Positions 49,542 through 62,942 of a stretch of DNA of 64,000 nucleotides are shown piece by piece. The position numbers were made by a program, and so were the translations under genes. This DNA is from Klebsormidium nitens. Lineage: Eukaryota > Plantae > Klebsormidiophyceae. Position 1 is the first letter of the stretch. The number at the start of each line of letters is the position of its first letter. The stretch is from the NCBI GenBank assembly GCA_000708835.1, contig DF236969.1, positions 124,001-188,000 of the forward strand. The letters run 5' to 3'. The notes beneath the pieces were generated by a model. It saw only the letters and a list, made by a program, of their open reading frames with translations. It ran no database searches and was not told where the DNA came from.

Positions 49542-51262
49542 ATGCAGGACGCTGCAGCCGCAGCAGCGGCAGCTGCCGCAGCAAATGCGGGGGGGCCACG
49601 GGCTGGCGATCTGAATCAGCAACCCTTGGGGTACGCATACGGCTCTTTAGAATCGCAGCAAGCACACAGAGGTGTGCGCGCCTATCACTGGGGCCTCTTG
49701 ATTGCTTTGACCGTTGTTGGTCTTTTATTGCGTCCGTGATTCGCCTCCAATTGTGCGCCTCACGTGCTGACGGGCAAATTGCCTTGTGCAGGCTGACTGT
49801 GAAAGCAGAGGAGGAGATTTTCCTGGATGCAGAAGGGAAGCAGAGCAGGCAAAAGGCTGGCCAGACTGTCATGTTTAAGATTGGGGTGAGCGCAAATGCT
49901 TGACCATATTTGGTTTGATATGAGGAGGAGAGCAGAGATGTGCGAGCAGGCAACACTGCAGAAAGGCATCTGTGAAGGTTGGGCGTGGGTGAACGCAACA
50001 AGGCTGGCCTCCAGGCAGGTATGTATGGAAAGATGCCATGCTCATTGACATGTGTTCCTGTGTTGCAGACTTCCACAAAACTGAGGAAATTGAAGCGCGC
50101 TTGGTGTACCAAGGTCGGCGTCTGTCCCGAGAGTGTCGAATTCTTTCATGGGGGAAGAACTGTAGAGGACCAGCACTCGGCGGCGGATCTGTTCATGCTG
50201 GAAGGGGTGAGTGAGCCGCCATGCCGTGCCAGCCGCAGGTCGCAGCAGCCATGCTGGGCGTGAGCAGGGCTGGGGCGCCGCTCGGGCCTGATGCAATTAC
50301 GTTCACAAATACTTGGGCTCTTCTCTCTACCCAGTCGAGACGCAATGAAAACCGACTGGTTAATCTTCCAGTTGCCGTCACCCGTGTGCCCTGCCCGTGC
50401 TTGGAGCGAGGGCCTTTCTGCTTGGGCCTCCCCGCCCACTGCCTTGGACCCTTGGGCCTGCTGACACTGCCTCTCCAACAGGGCCGTGCACTGCCCCCAG
50501 CCCCTGTGAATCTTGAAAGGCCGTGCTGCGATGTGCACATGATGGCCAAACATGAGAAGACGCTGAGACTCGGATGTCCAGTGTCCTGGCTCATGTGCCA
50601 GGCTTGAACCCGCCCCGTGCTGCCCCTAAACACCACCCCAATTGGCGCAGGACTTGATCTTTGTGAAGCACCTGCCGACGTTCCTGGCGCGCAACGTGGC
50701 AGTGGCCAGCCCGCGCGCGCGTGAGTTTGAGAAGCTGCTGGAGAGCGAGGCCTTCTCCGACCTGGCGCTGCTGGTGGGCAAGGAGCGCAGCCGCATGGCG
50801 GTGCACAAGTGCATCCTGGCCGCCATGTCCCCCAAGTTTGCCGCCATGTTCAACACCGGCTTCGCGGAGGGCAACGCCGCGGAGATTGTGCTGGAGGCCG
50901 CGGAGCCGCGCATCATGCGGCTGCTGCTGCGCTACTTCTACACGGACGAGGTCGCGGTGCCGGAGGACCCGGACGAGGCGGCCGCGCTGCTGGTGCTCGC
51001 GGAGGAGTACCTCGTGCCTGGGCTCAAGAAGGCGTGCGAGCTGGCGCTGCTGGGCCAGGTCAAGGAGCGCAACGTGTGCACGCTGTTCCGCATTGCGCAC
51101 CTGCACGACGCGGGCTTCCTCAAGGAGAAGTGCAAGCAGTACTTCCTGGACCACTTCGACACCAAGGCCTTCCTGGGCGAGGAGCTCAAGAAGACGCCCT
51201 CGCTGCTGCTCGAGATCACGCTCGCCGCAGTCAGTGGGAACAAGCGCCGCCGCCTCAACTGA
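49542..51262 (+). CDS. SUMO-like (Rad60-SLD type) domain fused to BTB/POZ domain, 310 aa. Exons 49542-49630, 49792-49885, 50069-50206, 50651-51262
   Basis: Phase-consistent GT-AG introns. VMFKIGTSTKLRKLKRAWCTKVG...VEFFHGGRTVEDQHSAADLFMLEGDLIFV resembles a SUMO fold. FSDLALLVG...VHKCILAAMSPKFAAMFNTGFAEG...LLRYFYT...LAEEYLVPGLKKACE is a classic BTB domain. Confidence 0.8.
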
Positions 51263-53399
51263 CACGGCCCCTGCGGCAGCCAGGGGCCAGCAGGGACCTG
51301 CGGAGGGGGCCCAGAAGGGCGTGTACAGAAAGTTCTGTTGTGTACAGTATGGTGTACTTGAAAAGCAGGTAATTCGGATCGTCGGACAGGATCTCAGCGA
51401 CTCTGTCGCAGGCATCTTGGCATACAAGATTGGTCGCAAGATGTTCAGAGGTTCAGCACGTTCTACATGTTCAAAAGACGGACGATCTGTGATCTACTCT
51501 CGACATATAGTAACTATTAGCCGGGCACCACTTAGAAGATTGTCGTATGTTGCAGTTGACCTGCCATGTGTTAAGTCTTGAACTAGTCATGCTACGTATT
51601 GTTCAAGCATAAGGAAGTGCCTGTATCCGCTAGATGTCTGATTGAAAATACTCCGGCCGACCAAGCACCAAAGTATGCGACTCGCACTACTGAAGCGGAC
51701 TGGAGATGTTAAATGCTATTATTCATATGTTGGCTTAACAAGTGCGTAATTTTTCTTCGATGCTTGCTGTACCGGATTCTTAACTTAATTGACCCGCTGC
51801 TACCAACATCCTAAATATCTGCAAGTCTAGCAAGCATTTGTTGGTCCCGGGATTGATGAGCGGCTTTAGCAAGCTCTGGAGAAACCTGCGAGTTTCATTG
51901 GTTGGTTGCTTGGGGTGCATAAAATAGAAATGCCAGAGTTGTAGCGTGGGTATAAGGTCTCATTGAGTCTAGTATGTAAGACAATTGCTAGACACCTATA
52001 AGTGCTTACATGAGAAGGCTTCAAGCAAAGCTTGCCAGGGAGACACACAGACACCTATAGCATGAATGTATACACCATGGAAAGCCTATCATGGAAAGCC
52101 TACTCCTTATGCGATCCTTAGATCGACATTATTATAGACCAAGCCTGAACGTTTCTTGCAATTGTGTGCGGCAAGAGTATGCATTCTCACGTCGATTGAT
52201 GTGGTTGATTATTGAGGCAGCGCTTGGATATTCCGTCTCGGCACAATTGGCCCTTGTGCTCCCCCGCGCTTGCGATCAGACTTTTCGCTAGGTCGTTGCG
52301 AAGCCGCCTGGCACGGCAATATAGGGACAATTTGCTTGATTCAATCGTTCGCACGTTAAGTTCTTCTCACAGCTGCGCTCTCTGTGCGCAAGTCTCGCAT
52401 GCAACAGGCTCCTACCTAATTAGTCGCTCGCTATGTGACGCTCTTGCTCGAGTCGCTAACTTCTTTCCTCTGTTTTCAGGGTTTGTGACTTAGGTTGGTA
52501 CGTCCTCGCATAAGTTCGACCTGGCCCGTCGAGTTAAAGACCTTGAGCAGTTTCGTGTTGAAAGATAGCCCTAGCAAATCTAGCACTGTATGCCCTTGCT
52601 CATTGATCGGCGTGACAGCAGGAAGACTTCACTCAGAATCAGATATAGGCCTTACGATGTACTGGACTTCGCACTTGTGATCGTACTCATGAACTCTGGG
52701 GGAAGACCCGGGCTAGGGCAAGCCTGACGAGGACGACCATGCAGTGCGGACGGCCACATTACAATAGCGCATGTGTGTGTGATTTGGGCACTTGAGCGGG
52801 GTGTTCCGGCGGTACTACCCGGGCTGCTACATCGATACCGAAGATGAGGAGAAGAACGGGGGCAGCGGCGATCGGGGGGCGATCGGGACGACCGTCCAAG
52901 GAGGTATCCGACAGTGGCGGCGCTTTGGAACCAGAAGCCGTTGGTGACCGCCCGGGGTGCTCTGAAGCGGCACTATGCATGGAGCTATCACAGTGGGCCC
53001 GTAAGAAACGATTTCCTTAGTGTCCTCCGGGATCGAGGCAGTTCCTGAAGCATGCGGCTATTCTCGTTTATAAGGCTGTAAGCTTCTGTGGTGTACAGCT
53101 CCGTTTTGAGTCACTTTGTACAAAGGCGTTTGATTTCAACCAGAGAATCATCCTTCGATTGAAGAAGTGACACTGAGAACCATGTACATCTGGACGATAG
53201 CTAAAACGGTCGGGTCTGTAGTTTACACGTGCCACATGTTTAAGGCGCAGCGAGCACGATAGAGTTGTCGGCCAATGCATGACTCCGTGTGCACCCAACC
53301 CGTGGCATCCGGATTCGAACTGTTGCAGAGGGTCTGCCGTAGGCACTCTGAATCTTGCCACGTGTCATGTTTCTTTATTCAAAGGAAGCGGACTTCATA

Positions 53400-55693
53400 A
53401 GAGTCGGTCAAGCCGCCCACATGGCCAAAACGGGACCAAAAGGTGACGAGCTCGACTAGCAAAACCGGAATGTCTGTGGCGCCCGTTTTCCTGTGAAGCG
53501 ATCTTCATCATGTCGTGTTCCTTTTGTATGGTCTGGCCGCCACGTTGGCCAGTGCTTGCAGCGAGTCGGCACTGGAAAGAGTCATGCCCAATAGTTGAAA
53601 GCAAATAAACACCATACGTGCACACCGTTCTCACGTTCATAGTTGAAGAAGCCCGCGACCCCGCCTCTAACTCGGAGGCCGTAGAAGCCGCCACAGCTGA
53701 TTCATTCTTGGATTTGATTATTGGGATAATTAAAGGCTGATCGATGTGCCATACATATTCGCATCGTTGGTCAATTGATAATTTACTACGCGTGCGTTGG
53801 ATTGCATGAAGTTTGCGCTCATGTTTAGCAATTAGTGCATATATGTATTAGAGCCGCTAGAATGTGCTGCTTGATGATTGAAGTAAAGAGGGTCTCTATA
53901 TGGATAGCAGAACCGAAAGAAATGAAACCTATACAAGCGGAAGTACGTATTTTTCCAAATGTTCCACAGCGGGTCCACAACCTTCGTCTTTCCTCCGTGC
54001 AGGAAGTCGGCCGTCGATCTTGGCCATAATTGTAACCAAAAGAGGAACTTATCACCCTTGACATACAGAGGAGACTACTATGATTCATTTCAAACCGACT
54101 CACAGAACTAGCACGGTGTATATATGAAGCTCAAAAGCTATGAGTAGGACACCTCCTGGCAGCTTTGAAAAACGCCTTCCAGCTCAGAAGTTAAACCCAT
54201 GATCGGCGAATTGACCTGAACAAAGCGTGGCCTTCTTAGTAACACTCGTGCACTTCGGCTTTCCTTGGGCGGTTAGAGTTTCCCACCTGGAATTGCGGTT
54301 ACCAAAACGAAACTGCATGGTCGCTGAGCCCTGGCCGACGAAGAAGTTCCTGACCGTCACGCACCATACGCCATCTTGAGAGCAGAACTGCCGTCCAAAG
54401 TCGCCCTTACTGAAGGACAACTAGTTGATCTCCTGCGTTCCTTTGTAGCCTGTATCCTGCAGCAAAGACCAGGGTAGGCTTAATCTTTGTACTGATTCAC
54501 TGACTTCAACGGCTACTCGAAAGGCGAGGTTGCAAACAACCGCACGCGGGTTAGGTTCCATAGAGAAGTTTCAACACTTCGAGGCTCTGGGCTGGGAGAC
54601 TTGCCATGTGTGTTGCGATTTGGAGGCACATTCTACAAGGTTGCATTTATCAAGAGACCCGACAATGTTTTCCCGTGCAAGGTCCTCAGACGTCAGCTGA
54701 GCTAGCGTCTATGATCAGCACCGCCGAAGACACCGAACCTGGTGATCATTCATGATGTAGAGCTTACCTGGGCGAAGAAGTTGATGACGAAACCTACACC
54801 TGCGTCACCGCTGAGAAATCTACCGTTTGCCACAAAAACCGAGTTGGCATGAACCAGGGGGGCGTTTACTGCCGGGAGGTATTGCTGGAGGAGGCCGTAA
54901 ACGAAGTGGAAGGCGGAGGACGGAGTCTCTGCAAGGAAGGGCCTTGTGGTTTCCGCAAAAACGAAAAAGGAAAGAAACTTTCCAACTATTTTGTAGAACC
55001 CATAACCAGAGCAATCAGCATGACTCGCAAGTCTGGCCGAGAACCAACAACGGATGAACGGAGCAACTTATTAAAACTCTCAAGTCAAGAGGATGTAGTC
55101 TTTAGTAATCATGGCCTGAGCACTCCTAGGTTCCATCGTGGTTGAAAAGGATCACCAGAGGGCGGTGAAGCTTAACCATATGAAACACAAAAGAGGTTTG
55201 AAAAGCAGTCAATCGGGAGTCAATCACTAGAACTCTTGTCGGATGCAGCAGAAGACCAAATGTTTTCAGGAATGACACTCAGGGCCAAAGAGCTCAAAAC
55301 TCAAGTGGTCTAGCCAGAACTAACACAAGAGCGTTTAAGTATCAAGAGCAGTCATGAGGACCCTTAGTACCTAACTAGGACTCAGGTCAGGGCAACCGCC
55401 TCAACAGGTCACATGTGAAGTCTACGGTCAATATCGAGCACATAAATGGCGCCGTCAAAGCGCCCCCCTTCGAGAAGCTCTTCCAATCAAGTTCTACTCC
55501 TTGTATGAGGATATCTGCTGTATGAGGGACATTTGTTGCTCAAGCTTGCAGCGAACATACCTGTTGCCACTTCGCTTTCTGGTGCATCTGAGACTAGATC
55601 AGGAGTCGTGCGGGCCGCCGCAGCAGACTGCAGCAGAATGCAGAGCAGCGCAACCCCAAGGGCCGTGCGGGTGATGGAGCTCGTAACTGCCAT
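53400..55693 (-). pseudogene. Putative secreted-protein gene with an in-frame TAG (pseudogene, or an intact gene using an alternative acceptor). Exons 55693-55561, 54799-54768, 54456-54287, ~54018-53929, 53696-~53630; 3' end unresolved
   Basis: Signal peptide MAVTSSITRTALGVALLCILLQSAAAA. Five exons join in phase, with TAG at 54423-54421. No family recognised. Confidence 0.5.
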
Positions 55694-57902
55694 GGCGGGT
55701 GACCAGACTTGCCTGACTAGGCTTTGAGAAAGTTGACCCACCTGCACAGATGATGGTAGGACCGTTAAGATATGTGGAGTTACATTGAGTTGAATGCGAT
55801 CAACTCAATGCGATCAAGGGCCGGAAGGAGGTGTCACAGTCACACAACAGTGGCCCCGAAATAGTCAGCGGCCGTCAAGCCTGACCTGGCGTGTGGCACT
55901 AAGCTGTATTGGCACGAAAGGCAGAGATTGTTCAGTTCCTAAGCTGTAGTCAGAGAGCAGAAAGCCACTGGTGCTACCGGCGCACGAATTTATAACTCTT
56001 TGCAGTTGAACGGTCATCTAATCGATTAGGATCTGTGATTGGTGACAGCAACTTTGGGAGATCCTCCTTTACAAAACAGCGGTGTACGTGCTAAGAACAA
56101 TTGTATATATAGCCCAAGGCGGATACATGAAGGGCAGAAATTGAGTGGTTGACGTATTGCCCTGAAAGAACATTCGGTTATTTAAAAAGGTGAGCTGGTG
56201 AGCTCAGGTGGTTACGGCGCGCAGCTGGAACAAGAAGCATTTCGAGAGAAGATTGCAAGGGAGACCGCCGGTTGTAAGCACTCACCAGCTCAACATAAAG
56301 CAGGTCCTCAATCAGTAGACCTCGCAAGGGGCGCGCCGGCAGAATGGCAGAACGTAGCTGTACACTAGCTTGAAGGGGTGCTGAAGCTTCGCCATGCAGG
56401 AAGTTGTGATCTTGTGATCTGATTGCACGCAGCCTGCAGCTTTTTACAAGGAACGCTTAAGCGGGGCTGATCAAGCTCAGCACACTCAGCATCAGCATAC
56501 GGTATCTAAGCAAGCAGACTTAAAGACAGCTTGAAAATTGCAGCAGTTCCAAATCACCTCGGTAGCTAGTGTGCACTGACATTACTGCCCATGCATGAGC
56601 AACGGGGTCGGACTGTGACGTCGAATGATCAACGAACCGAGATGCCAAGATTCCGGTTCCGGTTCCAGGGCCGAGATTGAATGAATGAACCGATGCATGC
56701 AGTGCATGAAATATTGACATCCTAATGCAGTTCCGGCCTGCTCAGGCTCTGACGTCCGAGTCTTGAGACGCTATGATACAAGTCTGTACTGCCCGGCAAT
56801 CATAGGTACATCATGGGTAGGGTACCTAGATGTTGAAGCAGGCTCGCTATTTAAAAGCCCACCGGTGACCGTATACCTAGACCAAACACGCCAAATACCG
56901 TATGCTACGGACCCAGTACGGTCCCCTACGTTAGCAGCTCTAATATTCAGCTGAGCTAAGAGGAGTGATTGTGGACCTTTTAGCGCTGACCGCTGTACGG
57001 AGATAGTGCTTGATGACTGCAATCTGCCATGCAATCTGCCAGCTGGCGGCTGGCCAGCGGCCTTGGCCGCCGGCCACAACTATCCATCATTACTGTCATC
57101 AATTCTTTAGCGTTGACCATTGTACGGACTCAGGAGAGAGTCCTTGATGCATGATTGCAATCCTGCGGGCGGCGGCTGGCGGCTGGCGGCTGGCCGCTTC
57201 GGGCCACTGGCGGCTGCTGTCGCACCCACCCCGGACCACGTTCCGGGTATACAAACTCTTGGTTCTATTGTGGCGCTGGCCCGGGCAGCTTTGCTTGCAC
57301 GCGGTTGCTTTCACTCATTGATGAAGTGACTAGGCTGATTGGACCACGCGGGGTATGCTATGTGTGTAACCGTCGTTGGAACGTGGATCTAATCATGCCA
57401 GGGGTGCAGACGGCGCGTCCGACGGACGACGGTACCAAAGGATTTTGCTACGCTATGTGTGTTTAACAGAAATTTAGATACTAACAGAGTGCGACCTAAT
57501 TTCGCGAAGCAACTTTTCAAACAAAAGCAGCTCGTGCTAGTTACTAGTTCGTAAGGCGACCATACAGCTGATGACTTCAAGCTCACCGGTCAACACGCCC
57601 CTCCAATGGGGCTTGATTCCATGCCGGCGGCGGGAAAGATACTCTTACAAGACGCAATGAGATTGACCTGAGGATCATTCTGCTTTTGTGGCTTCAGCAA
57701 ACCGCTCGCATGACGACCAATGCAATTCACTGCAGCCGTGCGCCAAGTCTGTCATATTCATGTTCGTTTCAAATATATCCGGTTATATCTTCGAGTTACA
57801 TTTGTCTTTGCGAACCGACAAGAAACATGATTCAGGATGCCGAAGTTTTCACCAAATATGTACATTGTATATAGGGACCAGGGCGTCAGGCCCGCAAGTT
57901 AC

Positions 57903-60900
57903 CTAACCATCGGCCGGTTCATCAGTCGCAGTAGTTTCTGCGCTGCTCGGCCCATGCTCTACTTCACTCACGCTCTCCTCAGAGACGACCCCTTTCTGTA
58001 TCAAGTACTGCAGCAGCGCCGCACTCCCTGTCTTGCCCTCTGCCGCCATTTCGTCCTGCGCTTCTTGTCGGGCTTCTTCCGTAAGATCACCCTTCTCAGT
58101 GAGCGCCTTCAGAAGCGCGCTAGCCCGGGCCTCTTCCGCTTCCGCCTTCGCTTGCGCTTCCGCCAGCATCCTGCGGAAAGCCCGAGCCGTGAGGAGCCGT
58201 CAGTGATCTTGTTTTGGGCATCATCGCTTGCGCGAGTCCGTGGAGTCTGGTATGGCACAAAAATCTTACAAACGTGGAACCTCAGGAATCAGGAAAGCTC
58301 TCGCGAAGCAAAATCTGATCACCTTGCTCTTCAGCCTATGTGGCTGAACTGGAATCTTGATTGCAATATCGTTCCGCCGCAAAAAGTGCACGAAGCCACT
58401 TGATGCAGCCCAAAACTGGCGCTTTGTTGTCACATCAGAGCTGCGGTAAGCGCTTCGTAGATGAACTAGCAGCGGAGTTTTGCTCCTTACCTTTGCTCTT
58501 CCTCTGCTCGTCGCAAGGCCTCGGCCGCCATCTCTTGCGCCCGCTCCTCTTCTGCAATCCTCTGCTTCTCAGCGTATGACTGGACGGCGGACTCGATCTG
58601 TGACCGGAACGGAGCGAGATTGAGACCCGGTAAAGAGCGGGAGTCCGTGGGAGGAGGGCCCTCGAGTAATGGCAGGCCGGAGATGTTCTTCAAGGAGTTT
58701 GGAAAAAGTGGGACTTCCGTGGGTTTTATGCGCATGATTCTTAAGAGCAATCGCAAGGAGTGTCCCCCATTTTGATGGGGAGGCAATCGAAAAGTAGGAC
58801 TGAATCTCGACTGCAAATTTGGGTCCTGCGCCGCTTTTGCAACGTCTCATCATATGCTGTTCAAAGAGGGAGGATCGGGATTTCCTGGGGCTGGTCGGGA
58901 GGCCTCGCAGGAGCGAAGAAGGAAACGAAGCAACCATAATGCGACCGGCCAAGGCAGGCGCGCGCGTCGCTCACCAGCGCGCGCACAGTAGCCCGTGCGA
59001 GCTCCGTCTTCCTGAGCTCCTGAGCCACCGCGTCGTGGAGGAACGGCATGAACTGGGTCTCGATCTGCGCGAGCATAGTCGAAACGCATGACACAATTGG
59101 ACAGGAAGTAACTGTACGAAGCTGCGCGACTCGCGTGGACGAGCGAAGGGCTTTTGGTTTCACAGCAATCTCCAGGCGAAGCCTTACCAGAGGCTACAAA
59201 ATCTGACGCCTGAAAGTGATGATGCAACCGTTGAAGCAAGTCACTTCAACATAAGGAGCCGGAGCGGTCAGAATCTGAAATGGATGCACTTTTCACTGAT
59301 GCCCAACATTCCCCACAGCTCAAAGAGCACAGCGCAAAAAGCAAACGGCATTTCCGGCTTGTCATTCAACGCGAGCGCAGATGACGCCCAGGCATCAGCT
59401 GCGGTTGCCATCAAGACCTTGGTTCAACACTGATTCCACAAATGAAATCTGACAATCAACGTCAGCAGTAACGGCACGTCGAGAAGCCATTGCTTTCCAC
59501 TTTCCGGGCCGTACCGTAAATCCAAAACCCAACCCGCATTGACAAGAGGGAAACTATTTTCATCCCCACCTCTCGTTCCACGGGGTCATAGAAGACGCCC
59601 TCGTTGGTCAGCCCCTGGAAGACGCCCGCGATGAGCCCGCCCAGGTAGTCGCGCGCGAACGTCTGCGCCGCGACCTTCTCCTGCGCGGCCTTCTGCGCGA
59701 GAGCGCGCGCGCGCTCCTGCTCCAGGCGCCGCGCCTTCTCCGCCAGCTTGCGCTGCTCGGCCGCCTCCATGCGCTGCGTCGCGATCAGCTCCGCGTTGCG
59801 CACCGCCTCGAAGTGCTCCTGCGGGTAAGGGTTTGAAGGTTTACCATTTGAGTTCCACTCGAGACTTGTGGATGGTCTCCTAAGTGAGAATCATGTTCGA
59901 CGCTTGACGTGTTGAATTCGATGATATTGCGGGCTATAGCTAGGGCTTGAGAAATGCAATCCTTCCCTTTGCTTCTCAACACGAACCACTACAGGAGGTG
60001 ATTCAAGAGCAACTTTCTTCGGCCTCACGCAAAGCAGAGTTCCCCCTGGCACACGGTCTAGTTCAGAGAGCTTTCGTCAAATCCCGGTTCTTTCAGCTTT
60101 CTTGTTCGAGCATAGACAACGTACGGCAATGCTATTCCTTGCTCGCAACGTGTCACACTTATGTATTTTTAGACGGATGCTGCTATTGTCACCCACAAGC
60201 TTGCACCCACTTGCAAACCGGTCCATTTGCATATTTCTCAATTCGTAGACTGGGAGAAGCTTGCCTGGTGTGCCCGCATGGCCGCCAGCTCTTCTTCCTC
60301 CATAACCTCCATTAAGCTCTGCTCCAGCGTCTTCCCGATCAGGACCTCCAAAATCGGCTCCACCTGAAACGAGAGTGATTGCTTTTGTTGATAAGCTACC
60401 TTCAATCTACGCCGACAAATCACCAGATCGTTCCTTGCAGCCGTGTCCAACTCTTACTTTTGACAGTCACTCTGTTGTCGCCGAAACAATGCAGGGGCCA
60501 GCTCAACCCTCCGCTTCCTCTTCGGAGGAAATCAACCACTTGCCTTCTCCATTTTTCTTTTGCAATCAGCCCAAAAGACCGGCCGGCAACGTAAGATAAG
60601 GATTAGCACCCGCCAGCACCCGCCAATTCAAACCCACAGAACTCTACAACACGGAACAGTCGGATCTCTTTTGTGTCAGAGTCCCTCTACATGTCTTTGA
60701 CAAGAAGTGTAAAGGTCAGCGATATACAATCAGCACAAAGCGGTCACTGCTTTTCTTCTTCATCTCTCCGTCCCCACCTCAAAATCAAAGTTGAAGAGGT
60801 CCCCCTCCATGATCTGCGTCTCGACGTCGACGCCCGACTTTTGCGGCACGTACAGCGGCGTCTGCGGACGGTCCATGAAGGCGTCCGTCTGCGTGTCCAC

Positions 60901-62942
60901 GCTTGCCTCCGGCATGCGGTCCGTCAGCTCCTCCAAGTATAGGTCCGTCTGCAAACCCGGGTTAGAAGTCGGGTTTGGGATACTTCAGCACTGTTTACTG
61001 TGGTTACTTCAGCTGTGCATCTTCGAGGCATCTAAAATGAGAGGCTTTACGGAATATTGGGAAGATTCAAATACTGTTTGTGGGTACTTTCGGTTCGATG
61101 ACCCTTCTGCGAGCCCCTGATACGCGATTAGTTCTCAGAAGCAAGTACAGGATGATTCTTTTGCACTTCGGGACGTTCATTGGCACTCCTATGAGTCGAT
61201 GATGATTCCCAAAACCACATTTCTACAGTGATGTTGCAAATAAACAGGGGCGGGTGAGCGACCTTGGGTGACTAAGATTCTGAATGACTTTCAAAGAATC
61301 TCCTTGAGAGATAGCCTCGTGCAGTGGAGGCCGACTACCATACTCCCATCCTCCGCAGGATGAAGAAGTCTGATGCAAACTTCCTTGCCAGCTCCCTCAC
61401 AAGGAGAGTCGTTGCGCAACTCTGAGTTACCGTCGATGAGTACTTGCTTGACCGCTCAAACATCTCAACGATCCCCCTGATTCCCGTTCCGCTTGGTCCT
61501 ATACCATCAGCTCAAACTACTTCTACCCATTGACCAGAAGCATCGGCATCTCTTCCTGATGACTCTGCGGATTGGTGGTATCCGGAATCACCCTGAGGGT
61601 GACGATTCTAAGCTGGGTTTGTTGATGTACCTTTCCAGTCGCTTTGGTTTGCCAACAACGTGATCTTCCTAACACTTTAGAAAACGATTACACTTGACAT
61701 ACGGTGGGGCGCCCACCTGGATGTCAATGTGTTTTCTGCCGAGCACGGGGTCTGGCGTCCCTGGCTTTGACAGCTTGGTCGACGATTTTCTCTTGGTCAC
61801 CTTGGCCGGCCGGTTCTCTGATGTGGCTTCCTCCGGAGGGCTCATGGGGGGGAGGAGCTGCAGAAAAGACAGACGAGGGTGAGGGACCTTACTATGCACT
61901 TTGCCAAGCAACAAGCTGACTGACCGGTTTCGGGGTTGCTTTTGGTACGTGTTAGTCCAATTGTAGTCACACAGAAGCAGTAGGAGACCTTCCTATCAGA
62001 AAGCTACAGGCAATAAGTAAGATCCCTTACGACGATAGCCAACAAAGATCCAGTTGGTAAATCTGTACACGAGAATGAGCTGCAAAACGGGTTGCTTAAC
62101 TTGCTTCTGGTTGACAAAAGGACGTTGATTGTGGAACATGAAGTGATCTTAAGGAGCCAGACTATGAAACAACGGGCGGAAATTCTTCCCATACTTCTCT
62201 TGGGAGCTTGCGTGGGAGCTTGTCTAGGCGTCCAACCACACTACAATGCAGCAAGACATTGCATCCCATCTCGTTTTTACCAGATCTTACTGGATGCGGC
62301 AGCAGAAATTGTGTCTGGGAAACCTTACTATGGAGGTAACAGAAACGATTTGAAGAGTGTCTGGTGCGGCTGCTAGAATTAATTACTCTCAAGAAAATCA
62401 ACCTGTTCTTGATGGTCAGGCATGTTTTTTAGTCATGGTTCCTTTGGAGCAGCCTGGGCGGTTCTGGCTGACACAGGAAAATGCAGCGCGGGCTTTGTTT
62501 TGCTCAGGGCCAGTTCAAAAGAAGCTGTACATGCACGTTGCACTTTAGCACCTTTGCAATCCTGTCTCCCCTTTTTACCACTTCACTCCAAGCTCCTCTT
62601 GAAAACTAGCACAGATAGGAGGAGGAACTCCAGAGTAGGCCTCAAAAAGGGCTGCCCCTGAAACAGCAAGGCTCATCCTACTCAATCCTCAACTTCGCTA
62701 GGTTCCTACCAGAACAAGAGACACCCTTGACTCCAGCTGATTACCTGGGGTGCATAGTTACTGCCTCGAACGACCCTCCTGTCATACATTATGTTCATTG
62801 GGATGGGGTATGGTCCCCCCTCTGTGGCCTCATTTGGCTCCCTATACCTCCTCCTGTTGGCAGTGACTCTTGACTGGCTCGTAAGCTGCGTCTCGCTACC
62901 ATTGCCTGACGGCTGCCTGTAATGTACGGCCGCCATTGACAT
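57903..62942 (-). CDS. RSP3: Flagellar radial spoke protein 3. Exons 62942-62745, 61857-61717, 60948-60778, 60363-60265, 59818-59570, 59064-58975, 58597-58491, 58170-57903
   Basis: Closely resembles Chlamydomonas RSP3 as recalled: NIMYDRRVVRGSNYA, GRKHIDIQTDLYLEELTD, GDLFNFDFEVEPILEVL, EEEELAAMRAHQEHFE and RNAELIATQRMEAAE. Intron 4 has a GC donor. Confidence 0.95.

Noticed and set aside
50591-51581. Long overlapping ORFs (282 aa antisense; 286 and 187 aa in shifted frames) over the BTB exon
   Set aside because: Shadow ORFs caused by extreme GC3 bias.
55786-55810. TTGAGTTGA...TCAACTCAA hairpin
   Set aside because: A 9 bp stem without context; expected by chance.
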